NCBI GenBank assembly: GCA_026416665.1
Contig: JAOAET010000041.1
Coordinates: 10,425 to 74,424 of the forward strand
Length of the DNA stretch: 64,000 bases
Origin: Candidatus Omnitrophota bacterium
GTDB taxonomy: Bacteria > Omnitrophota > Gorgyraeia > Gygaellales > Profunditerraquicolaceae
Direction of reading: 5' to 3'
In this document: piece after piece, positions 1 through 9,682 of the stretch
Position numbering within the stretch: position 1 is the stretch's first letter
Layout of the letters: each line of letters opens with the position of its first letter
Made by a program: the position numbers and the translations under genes
Notes under the pieces: generated by a model
Told to the model about the DNA's origin: nothing
Seen by the model: the letters and a program-made list of their open reading frames with translations, nothing else
The model's database searches: none

Positions 1-1
1 T

Positions 2-475
2 CAAGCTTGTGTTTTAGTCTGCCCTAAAGGCGCAATAACACTAAATCAACAGAAGGCCACAGTAGACCAGAGGCTTTGTATTGGTTGCGCCAGTTGTATT
101 GCTGCATGTCGCTATCGAGCAATTGATGTCCCCTGGGAAAGTGGTGCAGATATTATACAAGAAAAGATGGTAGAATACGCCAATGCTGTTTTATCAAGAA
201 AGAAAGACAAAGCTGTTTTTATAAATTTTTGTCTAAAGATTACCGCTGAATGTGACTGCATTGCTAAAGATGATCCTGCGTTACTGCCAGATGTAGGAAT
301 TTTAGCAAGCAGTGATCCTGTGGCAGTGGATAAGGCAAGTATGGATTGTTGTATAGAATTAGCTGGTTATGATATTTTTAAGAAGGCACATCCCAAAAGA
401 GACGGTTTAAAACAGTTAATATATGCTGAAAAAATTGGTCTAGGGACGACCACTTATGAGCTAGTTCGTCTATAG
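2..475 (+). CDS. DUF362 domain protein with 4Fe-4S ferredoxin-type cluster motif (5' partial; ORF continues upstream of window in frame 2)
   Basis: Frame-2 translation from nt 2 reads ...CIGCASCIAACRYRAI... (CxxCxxCxxxC ferredoxin motif) and continues into the DUF362-like C-terminus of the listed ORF 167..475. Confidence 0.55.
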   Translation, partial: QACVLVCPKGAITLNQQKATVDQRLCIGCASCIAACRYRAIDVPWESGADIIQEKMVEYANAVLSRKKDKAVFINFCLKITAECDCIAKDDPALLPDVGILASSDPVAVDKASMDCCIELAGYDIFKKAHPKRDGLKQLIYAEKIGLGTTTYELVRL

Positions 476-505
476 TTATTTATTATAGAGTTTTAGAGAC
501 ATTTG

Positions 506-514
506 TGTTAAAAT
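506..514 (+). promoter_or_regulatory. candidate extended -10 element (TGnTAAAAT) upstream of 551..1249
   Basis: TGTTAAAAT sits 37 nt upstream of the ATG at 551. The -35 (TAGAGT-like) is weak. Confidence 0.3.
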
Positions 515-550
515 CAAATTGGTTCTCAGACAAAAGAAGAAAAAAGGCTA

Positions 551-1249
551 ATGAAGAGATTTTTGATTTTCGCAGGAATTATTGGTTCTGCGATTGGTAT
601 TTGGGTATGGGTATATTTCTTTCAGCAGGGACTGTTTTTCTTTCCACAAGAATCTTTTAACAAAAATCTGGAATTGAATTCAGAGATTAGAGCGAAATTG
701 GCCTATTTTCTAATGACCAGACTTAACTTATTAGAGGGTAAATTTGAGATCATTGACATAGTAGGTCTAAATGTCAAAGGTTTAGTTGGGGAAGATTATT
801 TTCTGGTAACCTTACGTGGTCCGGATGGAAGATTATATCAATTGACAATACAAAGAGGTTCACAGACTGCTTTTGAATGGCAGATAAACGAGGCAAGTTT
901 ACAACAAATTAACCTCACAGAATATAATGAGAATATAACAGATGAACACTTTTTTTCTTTTACGGATATGCTAAAAGAGAACGAAAAAGAAAAAAGATGG
1001 TTTAGTCTAATAGATGCATTTGCGCAGAAACAGCTTAAGAAGGAAGCAGATTTTTTATTTTTACAGCAACCAGTTGAACTTACCACAGAATCTTCTGTTG
1101 AAATAAATAACAAGAAAAACATTGGTTTTACCCCAACAATAGTCAATAATGTTGGACCTGATTCCATTTGGGTTATAGATTATCCTAAAGGTATAATTGG
1201 TCCGGGTTATAGGTCATATCTCTATCAGAAGATAAAAGGACAGAGGTAG
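551..1249 (+). CDS. hypothetical protein with N-terminal transmembrane anchor
   Basis: ORF 232 aa with a hydrophobic N-terminus (FLIFAGIIGSAIGIWVWVYFF). No recognisable domain. Confidence 0.45.
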   Translation: MKRFLIFAGIIGSAIGIWVWVYFFQQGLFFFPQESFNKNLELNSEIRAKLAYFLMTRLNLLEGKFEIIDIVGLNVKGLVGEDYFLVTLRGPDGRLYQLTIQRGSQTAFEWQINEASLQQINLTEYNENITDEHFFSFTDMLKENEKEKRWFSLIDAFAQKQLKKEADFLFLQQPVELTTESSVEINNKKNIGFTPTIVNNVGPDSIWVIDYPKGIIGPGYRSYLYQKIKGQR

Positions 1250-1252
1250 ATT

Positions 1253-1534
1253 ATGGATAAAAAAAGATTGTCTTTTATTACGGTGATTGGTAAAGATAAA
1301 AAGGGAATTGTTGCCCGTATTGCGAATTTGCTTTACAGAAATAATATTAATATTGAGGATATCTCGCAAAAAATTATGGAAGGGTTTTTTGTTATGGCTA
1401 TGTTAGTGGACATGGCCGATTGTAAGAAAGACAGAGCTGTTTTTGCAAAAGAGTTAAAGAATTTGGGTGAGAAGATGGGTTTAACTGTTCAGATTCAGGA
1501 TGAGGAAATTTTTAAGAGAATGCATAGGATATAA
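1253..1534 (+). CDS. ACT domain protein, UPF0237 family
   Basis: ITVIGKDKKGIVARIANLLYRNNINIEDISQKIMEGFFVMAMLV matches the UPF0237 ACT-domain consensus. It is the conserved partner of UPF0210 immediately downstream. Confidence 0.75.
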   Translation: MDKKRLSFITVIGKDKKGIVARIANLLYRNNINIEDISQKIMEGFFVMAMLVDMADCKKDRAVFAKELKNLGEKMGLTVQIQDEEIFKRMHRI

Positions 1535-1536
1535 AA

Positions 1537-2895
1537 ATGGCACTTACTGTAGAAGAGGTTTTTGAAACAGCTAGGATGATTATACATCAAAACTTAGATA
1601 TTCGTACAGCCACGCTTTCTTTAAATCTACGCGATTGTGTGCACTCTGATTTTCAAATTTTTTTAAGAAGGGTTAAAAATAAAATTATTACTGTGGGGAG
1701 AAAACTTGTTCAACAAGCAGAGGTTATTGAACAAAAATACGGCATCCCCATTGTAAATAAGAGGATTGCGGTAACACCGGTTACGCTGTTACTAAATAGC
1801 AATGCCAGTAAAAAAGATTTCTTAAAGTTTGCAAAAACACTGGATTATGCATCACAGTTAGCTGGTATTGATTTTATTGGAGGTTTTGGTGGTTTTTGTC
1901 AGAAGCGGATAACTAAAAGTATTTCTACCTTACTTGATTGTTTACCTGAAGTGTTGGCACAAACAAATAGGGTTTGTTCCTTTCTGAATGTTGGAACAAC
2001 CACCAGCGGATTAAATATAGACGTCATTAACTTATTAGGACCAATGCTTAAGGCTACGGCAGCTAAAAGTCGAAATGGTGTTGGGTGTGCAAAGTTTGTA
2101 GTTTTTGTTAATGCACCTGAAGATAATCCCTTTATGGCTGGTGCCTTTTGTGGTCCGGGTGAGCCAGATGCAGCACTAAATATAGGTATTAGTGGACCTG
2201 GGGTGGTTAGGTCAGTCATAGAGAAAAATAAAGATTGTGACTTAATAGAGTTATCAGACATTATAAAACGAACTGTCTTCAAAATAACCCGCGCAGGAGA
2301 ACTTATTGGAAAGGAAATTGCTACGCAGTTAGGTGTTCCTTTTGGTATTGTGGATATCTCACTTGCTTCCACTACTAAAGCAGGTGACTCTGTAGCCAAG
2401 GCTTTAGAGGCAATGGGTATAGAATCCTTTGGAGCACCAGGGTCAACTTTAGCGGTAGCGTTACTTATGGATGCAGTGAAAAAAGGCGGGGCAATGGCTT
2501 CTAGCTGTGTTGGCGGTTTAAGTGGAACATTTCTGCCAGTTAGTGAAGACAGCGCAATGGTAGAAGCAGTAAAACGTGGGTCTTTAAGTTTAGAAAAGTT
2601 AGAGGCATTGAGTGCAGTTTGTTCAGTTGGATTAGATATGGTAGCAATTCCGGGTTCTACAGATGCCAATACCATAAGTGCCATTATTGCTGATGAGCTT
2701 GCAATAGGGATTATTAATAACAAAACAACCGCAGTGCGTATTCTTCCTATTCCCCGAAAAAAAGTAGGTAGTATTGTGCATTTAGGTGGATTACTAGGTA
2801 CAGCTATTGTTATGCCTGTAAAAAAATGGAGTGCCAAAAATTTTCTAAAAAGAGGAGGCAGGCTACCTGCGCCCTTGATTGGTTTGCGTAATTAG
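1537..2895 (+). CDS. UPF0210 family protein (PFL-like, DUF711)
   Basis: 452 aa. The N-terminus NLDIRTATLSLNLRDC matches the UPF0210 signature. It is adjacent to UPF0237 as in many genomes. Confidence 0.75.
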   Translation: MALTVEEVFETARMIIHQNLDIRTATLSLNLRDCVHSDFQIFLRRVKNKIITVGRKLVQQAEVIEQKYGIPIVNKRIAVTPVTLLLNSNASKKDFLKFAKTLDYASQLAGIDFIGGFGGFCQKRITKSISTLLDCLPEVLAQTNRVCSFLNVGTTTSGLNIDVINLLGPMLKATAAKSRNGVGCAKFVVFVNAPEDNPFMAGAFCGPGEPDAALNIGISGPGVVRSVIEKNKDCDLIELSDIIKRTVFKITRAGELIGKEIATQLGVPFGIVDISLASTTKAGDSVAKALEAMGIESFGAPGSTLAVALLMDAVKKGGAMASSCVGGLSGTFLPVSEDSAMVEAVKRGSLSLEKLEALSAVCSVGLDMVAIPGSTDANTISAIIADELAIGIINNKTTAVRILPIPRKKVGSIVHLGGLLGTAIVMPVKKWSAKNFLKRGGRLPAPLIGLRN

Positions 2896-2985
2896 TGCTC
2901 GTTTAAGGTTTATTTTTAAGATAAAAAATATCTATCAGTCAATCACCTTTCCAAAAGTAAATAAAAATTTTTCAATAGTGCGAAA

Positions 2986-3819
2986 ATGAAAACTGAATCT
3001 TCGGACCTAATTTTTGACACCCAGAGTAATCTCTTTTATCGTCGATGGCTTACTGAAAAAAGCCAGGCTTGTTTATTGTTAGTGCATGGTTTATTTGCGC
3101 ATTCTGGAAGATGGCAGCCTTTGGCTGAGTATTTTTTAAATAAAGGGGTTTCTTCTTATGCCTTAGATTTAGAAGGATTTGGGGCAACAAAAGGCAGAAG
3201 AGGTGATATTGAGTCTTTCGAAGTATATTTTGAACAGATTAGGCAGTTGCAGAAAATTATTGCCACTTGTATGCAGCAGTTACCCACTTTTCTTGTTGGA
3301 GAAAGCTTTGGAGGATTATTGGCTTATCTTTTTAGTTATCGTTATGCTAGGCTTTTTAAAGGGTTAATATGCCTATCGCCGGCGTTTAGTGTAAAATTAC
3401 AAATAAGTTGGTGGGAATACACCAGGGTATTTTTACATTTCTTTATTAATCCTCAGAGACAATTTAGACTCAGATTAGCAGGAGATATGTGTACACGAGA
3501 TCCTGAATTTCAAGAACAGATAGATAACGACATTTTGGGACACAATTTTATTAGTGCACGTTTTGTGCTTAATTATTTTACTGCAGAAAGGACTGCTCGT
3601 AACAGCGTTTTTGTAATTCCTATACCTGTTTTATTTCTTATTGCAGGAAACGACCGGATTATTGACCCACATTTTAGTAAGATTGTTTTTTATCGGTTGG
3701 TTTGCGAGGATAAACAGATGATAAAATACCCTGAGATGTATCATGCTTTATCCGTAGAATATGGTAAAGAAAAAGTCTTCGAAGACATTTGGCAATGGAT
3801 AAAAAAACATATTAACTAA
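2986..3819 (+). CDS. alpha/beta hydrolase, lysophospholipase/monoacylglycerol lipase-like
   Basis: HGLFAHSGRW oxyanion region and GESFGG (GxSxG) nucleophile elbow. 277 aa. Confidence 0.65.
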   Translation: MKTESSDLIFDTQSNLFYRRWLTEKSQACLLLVHGLFAHSGRWQPLAEYFLNKGVSSYALDLEGFGATKGRRGDIESFEVYFEQIRQLQKIIATCMQQLPTFLVGESFGGLLAYLFSYRYARLFKGLICLSPAFSVKLQISWWEYTRVFLHFFINPQRQFRLRLAGDMCTRDPEFQEQIDNDILGHNFISARFVLNYFTAERTARNSVFVIPIPVLFLIAGNDRIIDPHFSKIVFYRLVCEDKQMIKYPEMYHALSVEYGKEKVFEDIWQWIKKHIN

Positions 3820-3858
3820 TATTTTTTAAAATAAGGAAATTTATGTTAGAATAACGCT

Positions 3859-5331
3859 ATGGAAAAAATTCGTTTTGACTTTAACAATATGTTTGATTTT
3901 AATATAGGTTCTCAACATGGCGTGCGTATGTCTGAGATAGCTAAAATGAAAAAAAAGATTTCCTCTGCAGACGCACATTTAAGAAAAGTAATTTCGTCAG
4001 AAAAGGATCGGATAAATCTTGGCTTAGAGTGGACACAGTTACCTTTTCAGGATGAAAAAACTATCAAGCAGATAGAGGAATTAGCCAGCCAGATTAGCGC
4101 AGGCTTCGAAAACGTTCTCTTCTTAGGAATAGGAGGATCATATCTAGGCCTAAAAGCAGCACAAGATGCCTTAACTTTTCCTTATTATAATGAATTCGAA
4201 CGCCTACGGAAGAAAAAACCACGCATATATTTTGAGGGTAACAATCTTGACCCCCAGACACTCTATGTGCTTCTTAAACAACTCGAACCCAAAAAGACAT
4301 TCGTAGTAGTTATCTCTAAGTCAGGAGAAACTACTGAGACGAAAGCGGCCTTTTTAGTAGTGCAGGACTGGTTAAAGAAAGCCTTAGGAAGCAGCTATGG
4401 TAGACAAATATTAGCAATTACTGATCCCCTGTCTGGGTCGTTACGTAAATTAGTAGAAGAGGAATCTGCAAAAGATAAACAAAGTTTTCGCAGCCTTCCT
4501 CTTCTGCGCGGGGTAGGTGGTAGATATTCAGAACTAAATATGGGACTTTTACACCTTAGTCTTATCGGGATAGATATACGCCACGTTCTTTCAGGAGCTG
4601 CAGATATGGCTTTACGTTGTCAGAATCGAAATTTATGGAAAAATCCTGCTTATCTTTATGCTACACTGCATACTATTCAATATTTAAATAAACATAAACC
4701 CATCACCATTATTATGCCTTTTTGTGAGGGATTAAAATCTACTGCTGACTGGTATTGCCAATTGCTTGCTGAAAGTACAGGTAAGAAATTTGGCCGTAAA
4801 ATAATTGTGGATAGATCCGGTAACGAGCGCTGGCTAGCGGATACTAAAAAAATAAAAAAAATAGGCAGAACCCCTATTGCTAGCCGTGGGACGAATGATT
4901 TACACTCTATTCAGCAGAACAATATTGAAGGAGAAAATAATAAAACTGTAACTTTTATTCGGGTAGAAAAGTTTGCTTGCGATATAAAGATTCCTAAAAA
5001 CCGTGATTTTCTCTCAGGGCTTTCTTATACCAAATTGTTGTCTTTGGCTCAGGAGGCAACAGAATGGGCATTAGTCAGAGAAAACCGACCTAACTGCACG
5101 GTGATTTTACCACAACTTAGTCCTTATTGTTGGGGTGGTCTTTTATATTTTTTTGAGATGGCTACTGCCTTCGAAGCAGAATTACTGAATGTTAACGCCT
5201 TTGATCAGCCAGGAGTTGAAGGATATAAAAACTATATGTATTATAAACTTAATAAGCCGGGGTTAGCTGAAGAGATTGCTGATGAGATTAGAAAAAATCC
5301 TTTAAAGAAACGTTGCGGTTTTATTATTTAA
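3859..5331 (+). CDS. pgi: glucose-6-phosphate isomerase
   Basis: FLGIGGSYLG and GVGGRYSELN phosphoglucose isomerase signatures. 490 aa. Confidence 0.8.
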   Translation: MEKIRFDFNNMFDFNIGSQHGVRMSEIAKMKKKISSADAHLRKVISSEKDRINLGLEWTQLPFQDEKTIKQIEELASQISAGFENVLFLGIGGSYLGLKAAQDALTFPYYNEFERLRKKKPRIYFEGNNLDPQTLYVLLKQLEPKKTFVVVISKSGETTETKAAFLVVQDWLKKALGSSYGRQILAITDPLSGSLRKLVEEESAKDKQSFRSLPLLRGVGGRYSELNMGLLHLSLIGIDIRHVLSGAADMALRCQNRNLWKNPAYLYATLHTIQYLNKHKPITIIMPFCEGLKSTADWYCQLLAESTGKKFGRKIIVDRSGNERWLADTKKIKKIGRTPIASRGTNDLHSIQQNNIEGENNKTVTFIRVEKFACDIKIPKNRDFLSGLSYTKLLSLAQEATEWALVRENRPNCTVILPQLSPYCWGGLLYFFEMATAFEAELLNVNAFDQPGVEGYKNYMYYKLNKPGLAEEIADEIRKNPLKKRCGFII

Positions 5332-5340
5332 AAGAAAGAT

Positions 5341-5706
5341 ATGGCGTTTAAAGTTCTTGTAGTGGATGATGAAGAAGATATACGTCAGATTATTGCTAAA
5401 CGGCTTAATCAGGAAGGTTTTGTTGTTTTTACAGCAGGAGATGGTTTTGAGGGTCTGTCTTTGGCAAAAAGAGAAATTCCTTCTTTGATTCTTTTAGATG
5501 TTGTTATGCCTTACTGTGATGGTTTTACTATGTTAAAAGAATTACAAAAAGATGAGGTTCTACGTCAAATTCCTGTTATTATGGTAACCGCTAAAGGGCA
5601 TACAGAATCAATATTTGAAGGTCAACGTTTGGGTGTAACAGATTATATTGTAAAACCAATAGACTTCCAGCAACTTCTTCATTATATCCGTAAATACTTG
5701 TATTAA
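5341..5706 (+). CDS. single-domain response regulator (CheY-like receiver)
   Basis: VLVVDDEEDIR ... LILLDVVMP ... DYIVKP receiver motifs. 121 aa. Confidence 0.8.
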   Translation: MAFKVLVVDDEEDIRQIIAKRLNQEGFVVFTAGDGFEGLSLAKREIPSLILLDVVMPYCDGFTMLKELQKDEVLRQIPVIMVTAKGHTESIFEGQRLGVTDYIVKPIDFQQLLHYIRKYLY

Positions 5707-5746
5707 TTAGAGGCTTGTTTTCTCCTTAATACTTTCCCTAATAACA

Positions 5747-7000
5747 ATGCTACGGCAATTTATTCCTAATATTTCTCATATACTTCGTGCTTTAAGGTAC
5801 CCTAATTACCGTTTATTCTTTACCGGCCAACTTGTTTCCTTAACAGGAACGTGGATGCAGCATTTGGCAGTAGGCTGGTTGGTATATCGCCTGACTAACT
5901 CTGCTTTTGCCTTAGGGCTAATTGGTTTTACCAGTCAAATAAGTACTTTCTTTATTTCACCTTTTGCAGGTGTGTGGGCCGACCATTGGAATAGGCGCCG
6001 TATTGTTTTGGTTACCCAAAGTCTAGCCATGTTACAGGCATTGGTGCTTGCTATTTTGACACTTTGGGGTAATATTCAAATCTGGCAAATAGTTTTTTTA
6101 AGTCTGTTATTGGGGGTAATTAGTGCCTTTGATATGCCTGTACGCCAGTCATTTACTGTTGACCTTATTGGGAATAAAGATGACCTTGGCAATGCTATTG
6201 CTTTAAATTCATTAGAATTTAACCTTGCACGTTTTATGGGGCCACCACTTGCAGGTATGGTGGTTTCTTGGTCAAATGAAGGGATATGTTTTTTGATAAA
6301 TGCCTTAAGTTACCTAGCTGTGGTCTTAGCACTAATAATTATTAGGACTAATCAACCTATCATTTTCAATAAAAAGAATAATATATTCGGCAGTATGCGA
6401 GAGGGTTTTCAGTATACTTTTAGAACACCAACAATGCGGTTTATCCTTATACTTATGGGAATAGTAAGTTTTGTGGTTATGCCTTATGCAGTATTATTAC
6501 CTGTTTTTGCTAGAGATGTCTTAAGAGGAGATGTCCAGACACTAGGGTATTTAATGGGAGCAGCAGGTTTAGGTGCGTTAACTGGTGCAATATTTTTAGC
6601 CAATAAGAGAACTATTCGCGGGATGGGTAAAATTATTGTTTTAGCTGATATTCTGCTTGCTTGCGGTTTAATAATGTTGTCTCTGTCTAGGACATTTCTT
6701 ATTTCAATAGGGCTTATGCTTTTAATTGGGTTTGGGATTATGATCCATATGGCAGCAAGCAATACTGTTTTACAGACATTGGTTGACGACGATAAACGTG
6801 GTAGAGTGATGAGTTTCTATATTATGGCTTTTATCGGAGTTACCCCTATTGGTAATTTATTAGCTGGTGTTATTGCCCAGCGTTTTGGTGCTCCTTTTAC
6901 AATTTTCTGTGCTGGTTTTATCTGCTTATCGGGTGCAGTATATTTCGGGTCTAAACTTCGTTCCTTATCTTTGGTCATTGATGCCCAGGCAAAAGAGTAA
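5747..7000 (+). CDS. MFS transporter
   Basis: 417 aa with about 12 predicted TM segments and an N-terminal YRLFFTGQLVSLTGTWMQ MFS motif. Confidence 0.75.
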   Translation: MLRQFIPNISHILRALRYPNYRLFFTGQLVSLTGTWMQHLAVGWLVYRLTNSAFALGLIGFTSQISTFFISPFAGVWADHWNRRRIVLVTQSLAMLQALVLAILTLWGNIQIWQIVFLSLLLGVISAFDMPVRQSFTVDLIGNKDDLGNAIALNSLEFNLARFMGPPLAGMVVSWSNEGICFLINALSYLAVVLALIIIRTNQPIIFNKKNNIFGSMREGFQYTFRTPTMRFILILMGIVSFVVMPYAVLLPVFARDVLRGDVQTLGYLMGAAGLGALTGAIFLANKRTIRGMGKIIVLADILLACGLIMLSLSRTFLISIGLMLLIGFGIMIHMAASNTVLQTLVDDDKRGRVMSFYIMAFIGVTPIGNLLAGVIAQRFGAPFTIFCAGFICLSGAVYFGSKLRSLSLVIDAQAKE

Positions 7001-7022
7001 TTTATCAATCTTATGAAGTTGT

Positions 7023-7652
7023 CTAGAATCGTTTTGTTAATATTCCCATTAAAAATACAATAGCAGAAATTATTAAGGCTGTTCCACAGATTGCAATCAT
7101 TATCTTATAAACCTTTTGAGAAATAAGTTTTTTTCCTTGATAACAACCCCAGGCAATACAACTATACCAAGCAAAGTCAGCACTGATATGGCTAATAAAA
7201 AATATCGTAAGACCGACAATTCCTTTCTTCAAACTTGCTAGTACCAGCCCAGCGCCAATAGTTAACCACCAGAAAAGCCAATAAGGATTAGCTAAACTAA
7301 CTGTTAATCCGAGAATAAAAGAATTATTCATTGCTTCTTTTTTGTCTATATTTTCAAAACTAATTTTACTTATTGATATTAACATACTTATTCCCAGCCA
7401 GAAAAGAATAGATGTTCCTAAAAGACCGATGGTGGATATAACCAAGGACATATGTTTTATCTTCGCAACACCTACTGCCAATATAATGACCATGATAAAC
7501 TCTAAGAAGGCATGTCCTAGGCAAATTAAAGGTCCTGACTTAAAGCCTCTTTTTGAACTTTGGGCAATTACCACCGCAAGGAGTGGACCGGGTATAAGCG
7601 CTCCTGACAAGGCTATTAAAAAAGATAACCAGGCAATTTTTAGATATTCCAT
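7023..7652 (-). CDS. LysE/RhtB-family amino-acid exporter
   Basis: LIPGPLLAVVIAQSSKRGFKSGPLICLGHAFLE N-terminal LysE signature. 209 aa polytopic membrane protein. Confidence 0.65.
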   Translation of the reverse strand: MEYLKIAWLSFLIALSGALIPGPLLAVVIAQSSKRGFKSGPLICLGHAFLEFIMVIILAVGVAKIKHMSLVISTIGLLGTSILFWLGISMLISISKISFENIDKKEAMNNSFILGLTVSLANPYWLFWWLTIGAGLVLASLKKGIVGLTIFFISHISADFAWYSCIAWGCYQGKKLISQKVYKIMIAICGTALIISAIVFLMGILTKRF

Positions 7653-7723
7653 AATTTTATTATATCAGAATGTTTTTCTTTGCTATATAATATTAATAGA
7701 ACTTTAAAGCAAGAAGGCAGGTA

Positions 7724-8941
7724 TTGCAAAAAAATAGCTATATGCCTGAGCATGTAAAAAGAATAGCTCTGGTTACTGATGATGAAAATTTAAAAAAAAT
7801 TCTGTATTTCTGTTTTGATGGTTGGGGATATGAGGTCTTCCTGTTATCTACAGCAGCTTTGAAGACCAATACTATTAAGAAAATATCTCCAGATGCAATT
7901 GTTATTGACGTAGCAGGTGCACGTAAGGAAGATTTAGCTTTTTGCTTACTTTTGAAACAAGACTTTATTACCGCCTTTATTCCACTTATTACCCTCATTG
8001 ACAAACGACATCTAAGACAAGAACTACTGCATTCTAAATACGGTGTTGATGACTATCTTATTAAACCACCAGACCCCTTAGATCTGAGAGTGCGTATTGA
8101 AATGGCGCTAAAACGGTCACGTTATAATTATTGTTGCCATCCTTTAACAGGTTTACCTGGTTCTCCATTAATTGAAGATGTACTAAATGATTGTATAAAA
8201 AGTAAAAAATCTTTTTTTCTTGGTTATGTTGACATTGACAACTTTAAATTCTATAACGATGTTTATGGCTATCTACGAGGAGATAGAATAATTATGCAAA
8301 CCGCTTATATACTTTACACCTCTTTAAAACACTTTGGAACTAAAAATGATTTTCTAGGACACATAGGCGGTGACGACTTTGTGTTTATAAGCTTTTCAGA
8401 AGATATAGAGCCGATTTGTCGCCACACCATTTTTTTGTTTGATGCCCTTATGCCTTTTCACTACACTAAGGAAGATAGACAGCGAGGTTATATTATTGCT
8501 AAAGACCGCAGGCGTAAATTTATTCAGGTAGGATTAGTTAGTTTATCTATTGCTTTAGTAAACCAGTCTTCTGAGCAACCTGTTCTTAGTATAATACAGA
8601 TAAATGAAAGAATTACAGAGCTTAAACGCTATCTTAAAGAAATACCTGGGTCTAAATTTATGGTTGATCGACGTAATCAGCCGAAGAATAGACAGATAAA
8701 GAATCACGCTCAGGGATTTTTGAAGAAAGATATATTTGGGCAAGTGTATCAACCACTTGGGCAAATCCTGCTAGAAAAAAAATTACTTACCTCTGAACAG
8801 CTGGATGAAGCCTTAAGGATACACTGGCGGCGTGATGTGCCTTTAGGTGATACACTCGTAGAAATGGGCTTGGTCAGCCCAGAACAAATACAAGCAGCTC
8901 TAATTGAACAAAAAGAGCGTTTACTGCCTGTTCTGGATTAG
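7724..8941 (+). CDS. receiver (REC)-GGDEF-like (variant GGDDF)-MshEN (T2SSE_N-type c-di-GMP-binding) domain protein
   Basis: The N-terminal REC-like domain reads VTDDEN...AIVIDV...DYLIKP. A central GGDEF-fold follows, with the motif written as HIGGDDFVFI. The C-terminus PLGDTLVEMGLVSPEQIQAALIEQ fits the MshEN 24-residue c-di-GMP-binding motif (LGxxLxxxGxxxxxxLxxALxxQ). Confidence 0.7.
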   Translation: MQKNSYMPEHVKRIALVTDDENLKKILYFCFDGWGYEVFLLSTAALKTNTIKKISPDAIVIDVAGARKEDLAFCLLLKQDFITAFIPLITLIDKRHLRQELLHSKYGVDDYLIKPPDPLDLRVRIEMALKRSRYNYCCHPLTGLPGSPLIEDVLNDCIKSKKSFFLGYVDIDNFKFYNDVYGYLRGDRIIMQTAYILYTSLKHFGTKNDFLGHIGGDDFVFISFSEDIEPICRHTIFLFDALMPFHYTKEDRQRGYIIAKDRRRKFIQVGLVSLSIALVNQSSEQPVLSIIQINERITELKRYLKEIPGSKFMVDRRNQPKNRQIKNHAQGFLKKDIFGQVYQPLGQILLEKKLLTSEQLDEALRIHWRRDVPLGDTLVEMGLVSPEQIQAALIEQKERLLPVLD

Positions 8942-8957
8942 TAAAAGGAGAAAGCCA

Positions 8958-9671
8958 ATGTCCTATACACTTTTATTAGTTGACGACGACGCCCAGTTTC
9001 GCGCAGAGTTTGCTGAAAGCTTTTCAGAGTTTTCTACTATTCAGGCAAAAGACGCTCAAGAGGCTTTAGAGATTCTAAGACGGCCTAATTTAATTGACCT
9101 GGTTATTGTTGATGTAAGGCTTCCTTCTATGAATGGTATTGAGTTAATACGGAAGATAAAACAGATAAAACCGGATCTTGGAATAGTTGTTTTAACAGGT
9201 TATAGTTCTAAGGATATAGCTATAGAAGCCCTTAAGGCCCATGTAGATGATTATCTTGAGAAGCCTATTGATATAGAGGTAGCAAAAAAAGTTATCTTAG
9301 AGCTATTGTTACAGCGAAGAGGAAAAGGCTCAAGAAACAACTATTATGAAGACAAAATATCTCAGGCAAAAGAAATTGTTTTACGTAATAGCGATAAAAA
9401 AATAAGCCTCAAAGAAGTAGCAGAGATTATTTGTCTTAGTCCCAAATACTTTAGTAGGCTATTTGAGGAAAAAGCAGGGATGCGTTTTACCGAGTTTCGT
9501 CTTAAGGCAAAAATTGACTATGCCAAGAAGCTGTTGAAGAATAGTTCTAAAACTATTGACCAGATATCTGATGAGTTAGGTTACAAAAATACTGAATCAT
9601 TTATTCGCCAGTTTAAGAAAAGAACCTCTTTTACACCTACAGAATTTAGACAAAAAAAGAAACGTTTTTAA
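8958..9671 (+). CDS. response regulator with AraC-type HTH output domain
   Basis: Receiver motifs LLVDDD ... LVIVDVRLP ... DDYLEKP, then an AraC HTH (ISLKEVAEIICLSPKYFSRLFEE...GYKNTESFIRQFKK). I chose the start at 8958 (AAGGAG RBS 7 nt upstream) rather than the overlapping ATG at 8904. Confidence 0.75.
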   Translation: MSYTLLLVDDDAQFRAEFAESFSEFSTIQAKDAQEALEILRRPNLIDLVIVDVRLPSMNGIELIRKIKQIKPDLGIVVLTGYSSKDIAIEALKAHVDDYLEKPIDIEVAKKVILELLLQRRGKGSRNNYYEDKISQAKEIVLRNSDKKISLKEVAEIICLSPKYFSRLFEEKAGMRFTEFRLKAKIDYAKKLLKNSSKTIDQISDELGYKNTESFIRQFKKRTSFTPTEFRQKKKRF

Positions 9672-9682
9672 GGAGTTTTACA

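Noticed and set aside
838-1167. Minus-strand ORFs lying entirely inside plus-strand genes (e.g. 838..1167, 1899..2837, 6484..6762, 28048..28284, 36860..37243, 59343..59684)
   Set aside because: They overlap well-supported + strand CDSs with recognisable domains, have low-complexity or odd composition, and carry no RBS or domain evidence. Typical shadow ORFs.
8904-8957. Upstream ATG (8904) for the REC-AraC regulator
   Set aside because: It would overlap the preceding gene by 38 nt and encodes a non-conserved basic N-terminal extension. The ATG at 8958 has an AAGGAG RBS and starts directly at the receiver domain.
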